Positions 17,529 through 27,333 of a stretch of 50,102 nt of DNA are shown here, one piece after another. The notes below the pieces were generated by a model that was given only the letters and a program-made list of their open reading frames with translations, was not told where the DNA came from and did no database searches. The stretch comes from a virus (Duplodnaviria; Caudoviricetes), in the IMG/VR virus record IMGVR_UViG_3300048575_000412, positions 1 through 50,102 of that record; one strand, 5' to 3'. The position numbers and the translations under genes are program-made. The first letter of the stretch is position 1; each line of letters starts with the position of its first letter.

Positions 17529-17792
17529 AACCGTCAGAAATCGCCTCAAACTATCTGACAGTCCCGACAGTTGAGCGGATAGTTCGCCGGATAGTTGAAA
17601 GGCGAAAAGGTGAGCAAAAACAACGAGCGCTGACAGTTCGGATAGTTTTGGGGGGGCTATACGTAAAGGGTGTGGGGAGGTGTGGAGGAATGCATATGTT
17701 ATGCGGGAAATAACTATCCGAACTGTCTAAGTCTATGAAATGTAACAATAAAACTATCCGTAAACTGTCAGAATAACTGTCGGAACTATCAG
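17529..17792. repeat. Iteron array, putative replication origin
   Basis: About 13 copies of 9-mer AACT(A/G)TC(C/A/G)G; 17555-17647 in reverse orientation, 17712-17792 forward; A/T-rich; directly after helicase. Confidence 0.8.
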
Positions 17793-17806
17793 AAAGGGTT
17801 TCTGCC

Positions 17807-18583
17807 ATGAAAACGATGACCATTGAGGCCTTCCTGACCTGGGCTTTCACGGCCGAACTCTGCAAGGTGGGCGGTGGCGGGGACGGGCTGACGGCAGTTT
17901 CGGCCAGCAACTGGAGCTTCACCAAGGATCTGCTGACGCTCGGAACACTGATCGACCGCTCGCCCAACCATTACGGCGTCATCCCCGGCTTCATCGAAGA
18001 CGGCGAGCCGCATCCCGACGCGCTGGTGGTCGGCGATGCCGTTCGCGCCCTGGCCGCCCGTGGCTTCGATATCCCGGAGGGCTGGCAGCCTTTCCCGGAA
18101 TGGTCCGACGACCATGGGCTGATCGCGGCCGAAGTCGCGCGCGTGGTCGGCGAGGTCCGGTTGAAGGGCGAGCGCCTGGCCGGCCGCCACGTCGTCGCCC
18201 TCGTCACCAGCGCTGCCATCCTCGGGCGCGGGCCGGACTGGGAGGCGAGCGAGCCGAAGACGCGCATGGTCGAGATCGGCGGCATGCCGGCGTGGTTCGT
18301 CCTCAAGAAGACGCGCGACACCTTCGGGCGGGTCTATGAGTTCGAGGCGGATGGCCTCGACCGGGTGAAGCGCCGGCCGAAGCGCGGCGCCTATCGCAAG
18401 TTTGAGTTGTCGTTCTCGATCCGCGGTGCGATCCTTGCCCGGCTGGACTGGGAACTGTGGCAGGACGCTCTTCTCGACATGGCTGGATGGCTCGAAGGGC
18501 GGCTCGAATCGCACCGGATCGCGCCGTTTTATCCTGACCGCCATCCATGGCGAGGGTCTGTGCGCCGCGCTGTTTCCGCCTAA
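17807..18583 (+). CDS. Hypothetical protein at the late-regulator (Q-like) position
   Basis: 258 aa with HPDA..V motif; last early gene before candidate late promoter; function inferred from position only. Confidence 0.6.
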   Translation: MKTMTIEAFLTWAFTAELCKVGGGGDGLTAVSASNWSFTKDLLTLGTLIDRSPNHYGVIPGFIEDGEPHPDALVVGDAVRALAARGFDIPEGWQPFPEWSDDHGLIAAEVARVVGEVRLKGERLAGRHVVALVTSAAILGRGPDWEASEPKTRMVEIGGMPAWFVLKKTRDTFGRVYEFEADGLDRVKRRPKRGAYRKFELSFSIRGAILARLDWELWQDALLDMAGWLEGRLESHRIAPFYPDRHPWRGSVRRAVSA

Positions 18584-18641
18584 GGCTCTGAAAAGGCGAA
18601 ACAAACATGCCGCATTCCGCCTCTTGATCTGCGACGGTTGG

Positions 18642-18706
18642 TTGACATAGATTGAGCACAGTGAAAAAGGTTCGAAAAACCCGCTCGGCGAAAGCCCGGC
18701 GGGTTT
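18642..18706 (+). promoter_or_regulatory. Candidate late promoter followed by GAAA-loop hairpin
   Basis: TTGACA at 18642; hairpin AAACCCGC..GGC-GAAA-GCC..GCGGGTTT 18677-18706. Confidence 0.5.
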
Positions 18707-18794
18707 CGCGTTTCCGGGCCTTGGTTGTCCGAGCCGATGGAGGCTGCCATGAACCCCGCCGCTGTAATGGCGGCACCTCGAAGGGCATGAAGCG

Positions 18795-19415
18795 ATGTCG
18801 CTGGTGATCAATTGGCAGGATGTCTCGGGCCTGCGAAGGCTTGAGAACGCCATGGCTCGCCTCGACGGACCGCAGAAGCACATGGTGTTGCAGCGCGCGG
18901 TCAACCATACGGGCGAAAAGGCCCGAACGCAGGTGACGCGGGTATTGGCTCGCCAGACCGGACTGCCTTACGGCGTTGTCAAGAAGGCCTTGAAGGTCGG
19001 CAAGGCGTCGGGGGCATCGATCACCGATGGCGAGGTCACGGTCAGGACGGATGCCAATCTGTCCTACGTCATCACGTCGAGCGGCGGCGATATCTCGCTC
19101 AAATACTTCAAGGCACGCGAAACGAGGGCTGGCGTCACCGCTGCCCCGCGCGGCCAGCGCCAGCTTTTCGCCGGCACGTTCATGAAGGGTGGCCGTTTCC
19201 CCAACCGGGTCACGGCCAAAGGGCTGAACGGTCACGTCTACCGAAGGACAGGCAAGGGCAGGGGGCCATTGGAGTTGCAAGACTCGGGCGTCATCATCCC
19301 GGCTGAGATGGTATCGGGCGCATCGGCTTCGGCCTTCACCGATATCGTCGAGGCCGAGCTGCCGAAGCGGGTCATGCACGAGATCGAGTACCTCGCCCCC
19401 GGCATCTTCGACTGA
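18795..19415 (+). CDS. Minor tail protein Z-like phage protein
   Basis: RAVNHTGEKARTQV, ISLKYFKARETRAGV, GHVYRRTG motifs. Confidence 0.65.
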   Translation: MSLVINWQDVSGLRRLENAMARLDGPQKHMVLQRAVNHTGEKARTQVTRVLARQTGLPYGVVKKALKVGKASGASITDGEVTVRTDANLSYVITSSGGDISLKYFKARETRAGVTAAPRGQRQLFAGTFMKGGRFPNRVTAKGLNGHVYRRTGKGRGPLELQDSGVIIPAEMVSGASASAFTDIVEAELPKRVMHEIEYLAPGIFD

Positions 19416-19562
19416 CCCCACCCCCCCTGGTCAAGGGACCGTATCCGGCCCCGCCCCCCTGCGGGCGGAGAAGCGCCCGATATCTGTCTAGGCTGAGGGT
19501 AAATTCGAAGCCTAAACTTCTAAAGAGCGGCTAAAGAGCTAAAGAGACACGGTAAAGACCGC
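19416..19562. other. Putative cos/packaging region
   Basis: Non-coding gap just upstream of terS, G/C runs then about six TAAA(G/C) direct repeats 19500-19557. Confidence 0.5.
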
Positions 19563-20228
19563 ATGGAAGCCTCTGTCAGCAAAGGCGAGTTCGCGGCGAT
19601 CATCGGTGTATCTCCGGGGCGCGTCAGCCAGTATCTCGCGGAAGGCAAGATCAGCTCGGCCGCGCTTGTCGGCTCGGGCCGAAATGCAAAGATCGACGTC
19701 GAGCGGGCTAAGGCCGATTTGCGGCTGACGCTGGACGTGGCGCAGCGGCTCGGCAATGGGATCGAGACGAGGATCGACGCGGCTCCGGTCATGGTTGCCG
19801 CGGGCGAGACAGCAGTCTCGGCCGGACCGGCGCACCAGGCGCCGAGCGGGCCGGCGCCGATCGCCCTGACTGGCATCGACCATGAGATCAAGCAGCAGAA
19901 GCTTGAGCAGATTCGGCGGGCGAACCGTAACGGCGCTATTGCCGATGCGCAGGCGCGAGGCCAGCTGATCGAGACCGAGGCGGCACGCGCCGAAATGGCT
20001 CGTGTGGCCTCGTCGATGTTGCTGGTGTTCGAAGGGGGCATGACCGACCTGGCATCGGCCGTCGCTTCCGAGTTCAAGATCCCGCAACGAGACGTGCTCC
20101 ACCTTCTCAGGCGCGAGCTGCGGACCATCCGGGCGAGCGCTGCGAAGCAGATGGCAGCGATGGCGCTCACCGTCGACGAGACGATCGCCACGCCGCTCGA
20201 CGCCGAAGAGATCGAGACCATCAACTGA
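19563..20228 (+). CDS. Terminase small subunit
   Basis: N-terminal HTH SKGEFAAIIGVSPGRVSQY; RGQLIE coiled-coil; precedes terL. Confidence 0.8.
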   Translation: MEASVSKGEFAAIIGVSPGRVSQYLAEGKISSAALVGSGRNAKIDVERAKADLRLTLDVAQRLGNGIETRIDAAPVMVAAGETAVSAGPAHQAPSGPAPIALTGIDHEIKQQKLEQIRRANRNGAIADAQARGQLIETEAARAEMARVASSMLLVFEGGMTDLASAVASEFKIPQRDVLHLLRRELRTIRASAAKQMAAMALTVDETIATPLDAEEIETIN

Positions 20229-22192
20229 TGACCTCGATCATCGTCGACACGGCCAACGCGCGGCGCATCGGCTACGATGTACTGCAGGAGATCCTGACGC
20301 CTCCGCCGGAGGTCGACTATCTCGCTTGGGCCGAGAAGAACATCGTCTTCTCGGATCGCGAAAGCCCGTTTCCCGGGCACTACAACCGCAATCTCTTCGC
20401 CTATTTCGACGAGGTTCTGCGGGCGCTTTCGCCAGACGATCCCTGTCGGGTCGTCACAATCGCCAAGTCCGCCCAGATCGGCGGCACTGTGGTCGCCAAC
20501 ATCTTCACCGGCGGCTCAATGGACATGGACCCGGGGGATTTCCTCTACGTCCATCCAACGGAAAACAACGCACAGCGCTGGAGCAAGATGAAACTTGCGC
20601 CGATGCTGCGCAACACCACCTCGCTAACCCGGCTCTTCCCGATGAAGAACCGGGATGGATCCGACAGCGTCCTTTACAAGGAGCGTGTCGATGGCCGCGG
20701 GGCAATCCAGATCTCCGGCGCGAACTCGCCGGCGTCACTCAGCCAGGTGACGATGAAACGTCAGGTCCAGGACGACCTGTCAAAATGGGAGAACAATTCC
20801 GGCGGTGACCCGGAAACGCAGGCCGACAGCCGCAGCCGCGCGCACGAATTCGCGAAGATCCTGAAGATCTCGACGCCTCTGGTCATGCCGGGGTGCCGGA
20901 TCACCAAGAACTTCGAGGACGGAAGTCAGGAGTATCCCTACGTTCCATGTCCCCATTGCGGGCACTTTCAGGTGCTCGAATGGGAGAATATGCTGGCCAA
21001 CCTCAACGAGGAGAAGCCAGAAGACGCGCATTTCTCCTGCATCGAGTGTGGCTGTTCGATCGAGGAGCATCATCGAAACCAGATGATGCGCCAGCTGGAG
21101 TTCCGGGCGCACAATCCGAAAGCCAAGCGGCAGCACCGATCGTTCTACATCTGGTCGGCCTATTCGGTCCTGCAGAGCTGGGAACGCATCGCCCGGGAAT
21201 GGCTGAGCGCGCGCGGGGACCCGGCGTCCGAACAGACGTTTCTCAATGACACGGTCGGCAAGGCCTATGTCACGGCCGGCGAGGCGCCGCCTTGGGAAAG
21301 CCTGCGCGATCGCGGGGCGAATTCGGACTATGCCAAGGGCAAGATCGCGCTTGGCGGGATCATCCTGACGATCGGAATCGACTGCCAGGCGGACCGCGTC
21401 GAGTGGCAGGCCGTCGCCTTCGGCCGGGACTTCCGCCGTTTTGTCGTCGACTATGGGATCATCCCGGGTCACATCTCCGACAAGACTTGTCAGGAGAGGC
21501 TCGACGCCCTGGTCGTGCAGCGCTGGTCGAACCACTACGGGCGGCGCATCACGCCGGATAAGGTGGCGATCGACGGCAATGCCTTTACCGAGGATGTCTG
21601 GGACTGGGCAAAGCGGCATCCCGCGTCGCGTGTCGTCATGGTGCGCGGCGGCAATACCGACAGCGCGCCGCTGACCCAGCGGGTGAAGAAGGAACGCAAC
21701 AACAAGACCGGCAAGTTGCTGAAATATTCGCGCCGCTTCTACACCTTCAACGCCTCGGTGCTGAAGATGGCGCTCTATCGCAACGTGTCGAAGACTGATC
21801 CGCTGGAGCGTGGCTTCGTCGGTTTCCCGACCGGCTTCGAGGATGAGTATTACCGTCAGCTGACCGCTGAGCGGCGCGTTCCGAAGAAGCGCAAGGACGG
21901 GTTTACCGAATACAAGTGGGAGAAGGACCCCTCCCAGGCGAACGAAGCGCTCGACACCATGAACCAGGCGGAAGCCGCAGCCATCCTGTTCGGCGTTCGC
22001 GGCATGCCGGAGGCCATCTGGGATCGCCTCGAGGCGGAACGCGAGAGCTTCGCGCCAGACGCACAACTCGATTTCGAGGATGGACTGTTTGCTGTCAAGC
22101 AAGCGGCCACCTCTTCCGCTTCGCCCCAGTCCGGGGCGGAACGCAAACCGCCTGAGAAGGCGAAGACGAACCGGTGGGCAAAGCGCAAATGA
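20228..22192 (+). CDS. Terminase large subunit (lambda GpA family)
   Basis: KSAQIGGT Walker A, GANSPASL, ISTP, CPHC...CIEC, GIDCQADR, NEALD. Confidence 0.95.
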   Translation: MTSIIVDTANARRIGYDVLQEILTPPPEVDYLAWAEKNIVFSDRESPFPGHYNRNLFAYFDEVLRALSPDDPCRVVTIAKSAQIGGTVVANIFTGGSMDMDPGDFLYVHPTENNAQRWSKMKLAPMLRNTTSLTRLFPMKNRDGSDSVLYKERVDGRGAIQISGANSPASLSQVTMKRQVQDDLSKWENNSGGDPETQADSRSRAHEFAKILKISTPLVMPGCRITKNFEDGSQEYPYVPCPHCGHFQVLEWENMLANLNEEKPEDAHFSCIECGCSIEEHHRNQMMRQLEFRAHNPKAKRQHRSFYIWSAYSVLQSWERIAREWLSARGDPASEQTFLNDTVGKAYVTAGEAPPWESLRDRGANSDYAKGKIALGGIILTIGIDCQADRVEWQAVAFGRDFRRFVVDYGIIPGHISDKTCQERLDALVVQRWSNHYGRRITPDKVAIDGNAFTEDVWDWAKRHPASRVVMVRGGNTDSAPLTQRVKKERNNKTGKLLKYSRRFYTFNASVLKMALYRNVSKTDPLERGFVGFPTGFEDEYYRQLTAERRVPKKRKDGFTEYKWEKDPSQANEALDTMNQAEAAAILFGVRGMPEAIWDRLEAERESFAPDAQLDFEDGLFAVKQAATSSASPQSGAERKPPEKAKTNRWAKRK

Positions 22193-23805
22193 CGGAAAAG
22201 CAGAGGGTCAGGGTCAAGGCGGTCGGGGTTCCCCAGACCGGCCGTCCCACCGCCGCCTATCTGCGCGACACGCCTTCGGGCGTGATTGCGTCCCGTCCGG
22301 CCTCGCTGCGCGAGCATCGCGACGAGGTGCGGCGCGTCTGGTGGCGCGCGGCCGGGCTTGCCATGGACCTGATCCAGAACTCGGGCCGGCTGCGCGGTGC
22401 GACCGACCAGATCATCGCCGATACCGTCGGCGTGGAGCTGGCGCTCAACCCGAAGCCGGACCTGACGCGGTTCGGCTACAGCGAAAAGGAAGCGATCGAG
22501 TGGGTCCGGCTGGTCAAGGCCCGGTTCAAGACCTGGGCATGGAACCCGATCGAGTGCGACTTCCGCGCCAAGTTCACACTGCCGCAGATGACCGATATCG
22601 GCATCCGGCACTGGCTTGCCTTTGGTGAAAGCCTCGGCGTCGTCGACTATCTGCCGCGGTCGCAGCGCCTGCCGGGATGCCAGACCGGCACGAAGTTCCT
22701 GCTGCTGCAGCCGCAAAAGCTGGTGCAGGACACCAACGAGATCGAGGGTCTGTTCCAGGGCGTCGTTCATGATGCCTATGGACGGCCGACGCACTACCGC
22801 TTCGAGGAGAAGCGGGCAGGGATCACTGCCAAGCGGGATTATCCGGCGCGCGACCGCGACGGGCGCCAGCTGGTCATGCATGCCTTCGACCCGTTCTCGT
22901 CGGAAGACGTGCGCGGGATCGCCGTGATCATCTCGACGGTCCGGAAATACCTGATGGCGGAAAATGTCGACGACGCGGCGGCGCAGGTGCGATTCCTGCA
23001 AACGATCTATGCCGTGACGCTGACCAGCGACAGGCCCTCGGCGGATGCCTTCGAGGCGCTGGAGGCGCTCAAGGAAACCGGCGCCGACAACGCCGCGGAC
23101 ATCGCCACCGACTTCGTCGACTACTTCAAGGCGCAGCTCGACCGCGCCGCCGAAAGCGAAGTGCGGCTTGGCGCTGGGGCAGGCGTGTCGCACCTGGCTC
23201 CCGGCGAGAAACTGGAATTCCAGACGCCGGATGCGCCTGGCACGGACTATCCGGAGTTCATCGGCGCCCTGCACCGAGAGACGGCGCGGGCGCTGGGCAT
23301 CAGCTATGGCGGCTACACGCTCGACTACACCAAGGCGACTTACGCCTCCACGATGATGGAGAATTCGGCACTCTGGCCGATCGCTCAGCGCCGAACGGAC
23401 CGGATCGCCGCGCCGCATGTGCTGGTGCCCTATGCCAGCTGGCTCGACGAGGAAATCGAGGAAGGCCTCATTCCGTTCAAGGGGGGCGTAGAGGTCTATC
23501 GCGCCAACCGCGATGCGATCCAGTGGGCGGTCTGTTTCGGACCTTCCAAGCCGACGGCCGACGACGGAAAGCGGGCCAAGGCGGCCAGCGAGCGCCTGGC
23601 CAATGGGACGAGTTCGATCGAGGCCGAATGCGCCGAGCTTGGACAGGATCCGGAAGAGGTCTTCGAAAGCCGCGTCCGTTGGCACGAGCGCTACAAGGCG
23701 GCCGGCATGGTCTCGCCCTTCGAGCGTGGCATGGCCAGCGAACCGGCGGGAAGTGGCGACGGCGAGGACAAGCCCGCCGCGGACAAGCAGAAGGCAGATG
23801 CCTGA
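22189..23805 (+). CDS. Portal protein (lambda family)
   Basis: DLIQNSG...VGVEL, H.FDP...VRGI, LAPGEKLEF, ALGISY..T.DY.KATYAS. Confidence 0.9.
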   Translation: MTEKQRVRVKAVGVPQTGRPTAAYLRDTPSGVIASRPASLREHRDEVRRVWWRAAGLAMDLIQNSGRLRGATDQIIADTVGVELALNPKPDLTRFGYSEKEAIEWVRLVKARFKTWAWNPIECDFRAKFTLPQMTDIGIRHWLAFGESLGVVDYLPRSQRLPGCQTGTKFLLLQPQKLVQDTNEIEGLFQGVVHDAYGRPTHYRFEEKRAGITAKRDYPARDRDGRQLVMHAFDPFSSEDVRGIAVIISTVRKYLMAENVDDAAAQVRFLQTIYAVTLTSDRPSADAFEALEALKETGADNAADIATDFVDYFKAQLDRAAESEVRLGAGAGVSHLAPGEKLEFQTPDAPGTDYPEFIGALHRETARALGISYGGYTLDYTKATYASTMMENSALWPIAQRRTDRIAAPHVLVPYASWLDEEIEEGLIPFKGGVEVYRANRDAIQWAVCFGPSKPTADDGKRAKAASERLANGTSSIEAECAELGQDPEEVFESRVRWHERYKAAGMVSPFERGMASEPAGSGDGEDKPAADKQKADA

Positions 23806-24071
23806 TGGCGATGGTAACGATCAACGGGGCGAGCGTCGACGCGGAAGATCCGTGCGCGCTCTACCAGGCGCTTTATGCCACCAAGCTGCGGATGCTTGCC
23901 GGGGAACAGGTCGGCGAAATGTCGCTCCAGTCGCCGGTGACGCGCGAGACCGTCGTGTTCTCGCCGGGCAGCCTGGCTGCGCTCGACAGGGAGCTGGTGC
24001 GGCTCTCCGATGCCTGCACGCTCAAGACCACCGGACGGCGCGTTACGCGCCGCTGGAAGTTCCGGTACTGA
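23805..24071 (+). CDS. Head completion protein (gpW-like)
   Basis: 88 aa, LYATKLRMLAGEQV...LAALDREL pattern; TGATG coupling to portal. Confidence 0.6.
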   Translation: MAMVTINGASVDAEDPCALYQALYATKLRMLAGEQVGEMSLQSPVTRETVVFSPGSLAALDRELVRLSDACTLKTTGRRVTRRWKFRY

Positions 24072-24084
24072 AGGACAATAGCCG

Positions 24085-25005
24085 ATGAGCTTTCGATATG
24101 GTCATATTGCCCAGCGGCTGTTCGACACGCCGCTGATGTACGATCCGCGCAAGGCCGAGGCGTTCCTGCATGGTCTCGGCAGCCGCATTGCCGGCGACAC
24201 GATCGTCATCACCAACCCGGAAGGGGCGGTCGATCACAAGGGCGGCGGCAATGGCCGACCGATCGCAGGAAAGATCGGCAATCGCCTCGAGCGGGCCTAT
24301 TCGCGGGCCAACATGCTGCCGTTCGACATGATCGACAATATCGCGATCATTCCGATCGAGGGTAGCCTGGTGCACAAGGGTGGCTGGATCGGATCGAACT
24401 CCGGCGAAACGTCCTATCAGGGTTTGCAGGCGCAGGTCGCCATGGCCCGGCAGTCCAGCCAGGTGCGTGGCGTGGCTTACGAGGTCGACAGTTACGGCGG
24501 CGAAGTGAACGGCGGGTTCGAAGCTGCCGCCGCGATGGCTCAGCTTTCGAAGGAAAAGCCGACGATCGCGATCCTGACCGATTTCGCCTATTCGGCCGGC
24601 TACCTGCTGGCCTCCCAGGCACGGCAGATTGTCATGCCGCGCTACGGTGGCGCCGGATCGATCGGCGTCATCATGATCCATGCCGACTATTCGCAGGCGC
24701 TGGACAATGAAGGGATCCGCCTGACCATCATTCGCGCCGGCAAGAAGAAGGCCGACGGTAATCCCTACGAGCCGCTCAATGCCGATTTGGCCGAGAAGTG
24801 GCAGGCGCAAGCCGAACTGATGCGGCAGGACTTTGCCGAGGTCGTGGCCAAGGGCCGGCGCGGGCGGATCACCAAGGCCAAGGCGCTGGCGACCGAAGCC
24901 GGTGTATTCGACGCAGCCGAAGCCGTTTCGATGGGCCTTGCCGACGCCATCGGAGACCCGCACGAGGCGTTCGCCGCCTTCGTCCGGGAAGTAAACCGGG
25001 CCTGA
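24085..25005 (+). CDS. Prohead protease, S49 family
   Basis: IAIIPIEGSL, DSYGGEV, AYSAGYLLAS, GSIGVI, GKKKADGNP, GLADAIG. Confidence 0.92.
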   Translation: MSFRYGHIAQRLFDTPLMYDPRKAEAFLHGLGSRIAGDTIVITNPEGAVDHKGGGNGRPIAGKIGNRLERAYSRANMLPFDMIDNIAIIPIEGSLVHKGGWIGSNSGETSYQGLQAQVAMARQSSQVRGVAYEVDSYGGEVNGGFEAAAAMAQLSKEKPTIAILTDFAYSAGYLLASQARQIVMPRYGGAGSIGVIMIHADYSQALDNEGIRLTIIRAGKKKADGNPYEPLNADLAEKWQAQAELMRQDFAEVVAKGRRGRITKAKALATEAGVFDAAEAVSMGLADAIGDPHEAFAAFVREVNRA

Positions 25006-25021
25006 CCCCCAGGAGACAAAG

Positions 25022-25588
25022 ATGACCAGCCTGATTTCTGCGATCCGGGCCGCCGTGCGCCCCGGAGCAATCCCCGATTCTCTTGATGAGAATGAACCGG
25101 GCGCGCTCGCGTCCACGACCGAACTGCCTCTTCCCGAGGCTCAAACCACCGGAGGTGACATGTCTAACATTCAGACTGCGCCCGGCGTTGCTGCTGCAGC
25201 CGCCGGCACACTCGCCGCCGTCGCTGCCGCCGCTTCCGGTGGTGCCGACGGTTTCAAGACCGCCATGGACCGCATGAACGCGGTCCTTAGCGCCGATGGC
25301 ATCAAGGGCGACGCCAAGCGTATGAGCGCTGCCCTTGAACTCGCCAATGCTTCGTCGGGCATGGATGCCGAAGCGGTTATCGCCTTCGTCACCGCGAATG
25401 TCCCGGCGACCAAAGCCGAGGCCTCTGCACCTGCAGCGCCTGCTGCAAGTGCGCAGACCTATGAGCAGCAGCGCACCGCTGCAGCCAATCTCGCCATGCC
25501 GAGCGGTACCGCCTCGGCCACCGAAACCGTCGGTGCATCCTGGAAGGATGCAATCGCCAAGGCCGGCGTTGGCCGGAAGGGAGCATAA
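25022..25588 (+). CDS. Scaffold-like Ala-rich protein
   Basis: Between protease and decoration gene; AGGAG RBS; second GGAGG RBS and ATG at 25160. Confidence 0.6.
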   Translation: MTSLISAIRAAVRPGAIPDSLDENEPGALASTTELPLPEAQTTGGDMSNIQTAPGVAAAAAGTLAAVAAAASGGADGFKTAMDRMNAVLSADGIKGDAKRMSAALELANASSGMDAEAVIAFVTANVPATKAEASAPAAPAASAQTYEQQRTAAANLAMPSGTASATETVGASWKDAIAKAGVGRKGA

Positions 25589-25591
25589 GCC

Positions 25592-26245
25592 ATGGCCGTT
25601 CTCACCGAAAAACTCGGTCCCGGTTCCTGCATCATTCAGGAAGGGGACCACTACTACAGCCGTGACGTCGTTACGGTGAATGCCGGGGAAGGGGTGACCT
25701 ATCCGGCGAACACCGTCCTCGGTCAGATCTCGCTCGGGGCAATCACCGCCGCGGCGAAGGCCGGCGGGAATGCCGCCAATACCGGTGCGATCACCCTGGA
25801 CGCCACGACCCCTATCCTCGCCGGCGCACTGCCTGGCGTCTACACGGTCCGTTGCGTTGCGGTCGCTTCCAACAGCGGGACCTTCCGGGTCGAAGACCCG
25901 AACGGTTACATGCTCGGAGATGTCGTCGTCGGCGCCACGTTCGCCGACCAGATCAAGTTCTCGATCGCTGACGGGAGCCAAGACTTCGTCCTGGGCGAGG
26001 GCTTCGACATTACCGTCGCAGCCGGGACCGGGAAATACGTCATCTGGAACCCTGCCAATGTCGACGGCAGCCAGGTGGTCGCCGGCATCCTCATCTACCC
26101 GGTCACGGGCGAGGAAGATGCGGCGGTTCTGCGCCGCCATTCGCAGGTCAAGGCACCGGCGCTCAACTGGTTCACGGGCGCCACCACCAACAACAAGAAC
26201 GCCGGCATCGCAGGTCTTGCGAAGCTCGGCATCATCGCTCGCTAA
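25592..26245 (+). CDS. Head decoration protein with internal insertion
   Basis: YSRDVVTV...NTVLGQI and WNPANVDGSQVVAGIL...LAKLGIIAR halves flank a beta-rich insert. Confidence 0.8.
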   Translation: MAVLTEKLGPGSCIIQEGDHYYSRDVVTVNAGEGVTYPANTVLGQISLGAITAAAKAGGNAANTGAITLDATTPILAGALPGVYTVRCVAVASNSGTFRVEDPNGYMLGDVVVGATFADQIKFSIADGSQDFVLGEGFDITVAAGTGKYVIWNPANVDGSQVVAGILIYPVTGEEDAAVLRRHSQVKAPALNWFTGATTNNKNAGIAGLAKLGIIAR

Positions 26246-26257
26246 GGAGATACCAAC

Positions 26258-27274
26258 ATGGCATCCATGGATATTTTCAAGGACGATGCCTTCTCGATGG
26301 TGGAACTCTCCGCCGCCGTGAGGGATGTGTCCTACGTTCCGCAGCTGCTCGGTTCGCTCGGTGTATTCGACGAAAAGGGCGTTTTCACCCGCAAGATCGC
26401 GATCGAAAAGAAGGGCGACAGCCTTTCGCTGATCCCGACTTCTCCGGATGGCGCGGCCCCACGCCAGAACATCCAGCAGCAGGCCAACATTCGCGACTTC
26501 CGCACCGTCCGTCTCGCGGATTCGTTTACGCTCCATGCTTCCGAGGTCGCCGAAATGCGGGCGTTCGGTACGGAAAGCGAGCTCAAGGTGGTGCAGGTCG
26601 AATATGCCGAGCGAATGGCCGACGTTCGCACCAACATGGACCTGACGCACGAATTCCACCGGCTCGGTGCCTTGCAGGGGAAGCTGCTCGACGCCGACGG
26701 AACCAGCGTCATCTATGACTACTTTGACGAGTTCGACATCGTCGAAGAAGCCGCAGTCGACTTCACCCTCGACGTCGCCACGACCGATGTCCGGGGCAAG
26801 TGCCATGAACTGACCCGCGACCTCGCGCGGTCTGCGAAGGGGGCCTTCACCAGCAGCACGAGCGTGCACGCCCTGGTCGGGGATGGCTTCTATGATGATT
26901 TCATCAACCATCCGAATGTGATCCGCACCTATGAAGGCTGGGCTGCTGCGGCCGACCTTCGCCAGAACGTTGCCTTCGAGTCCTTCACCTTCGGCGGGAT
27001 CACCTGGCACAACTATCGCGGAACCGACGATAATTCGACGGTCGCCATTGACCCCGACGAAGTGAAGTTCTTCCCGGTCGGTGCCAAGGACGTGTTCAAG
27101 AAGTTCATGGCCCCGGCGAACGAATTCATGCCTTTCGTCGGCACCAAGGGTCAGGATGTCTATGCGATGAACATCCTCGACCGCGACCGCGAGGCCTGGG
27201 CCAAGGGCGAACTCTATTCCTACCCGCTCTACATGTGCGTGCGCCCGCAGGCACTTCGCAAGGGCGTCCGCTGA
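26258..27274 (+). CDS. Major capsid protein (lambda E family)
   Basis: MDIFKDDAFSMVEL, THEFHRLGALQG.LLDADG, FGGITW.NYRG, SYPL..C.RP. Confidence 0.93.
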   Translation: MASMDIFKDDAFSMVELSAAVRDVSYVPQLLGSLGVFDEKGVFTRKIAIEKKGDSLSLIPTSPDGAAPRQNIQQQANIRDFRTVRLADSFTLHASEVAEMRAFGTESELKVVQVEYAERMADVRTNMDLTHEFHRLGALQGKLLDADGTSVIYDYFDEFDIVEEAAVDFTLDVATTDVRGKCHELTRDLARSAKGAFTSSTSVHALVGDGFYDDFINHPNVIRTYEGWAAAADLRQNVAFESFTFGGITWHNYRGTDDNSTVAIDPDEVKFFPVGAKDVFKKFMAPANEFMPFVGTKGQDVYAMNILDRDREAWAKGELYSYPLYMCVRPQALRKGVR

Positions 27275-27281
27275 TCTCGCG

Positions 27282-27303
27282 GCGGCGCGGTTCGCCGCGC
27301 CGC
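27282..27303 (+). terminator. Hairpin after capsid gene (terminator or stabiliser)
   Basis: GCGGCGCGG-TTCG-CCGCGCCGC followed by pyrimidine-rich tract. Confidence 0.55.
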
Positions 27304-27333
27304 AATCCTTCCATTCTTCCTTTGGAGGCCGAC

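Noticed and set aside
17529-17792. Possible CRISPR array
   Set aside because: Repeats are 9 nt, in both orientations, without regular unique spacers; no cas genes
18737-18790. Mini-ORF MEAAMNPAAVMAAPRRA before the Z-like gene
   Set aside because: Too short to support beyond a GGAGG motif
21856-23685. 609-aa minus-strand ORF opposite portal
   Set aside because: Shadow ORF; portal motifs are on the + strand
24869-27010. 713-aa minus-strand ORF spanning several head genes
   Set aside because: In-register shadow crossing only very short intergenic gaps, not coupled to anything; shows that length alone is not evidence for a bridging ORF
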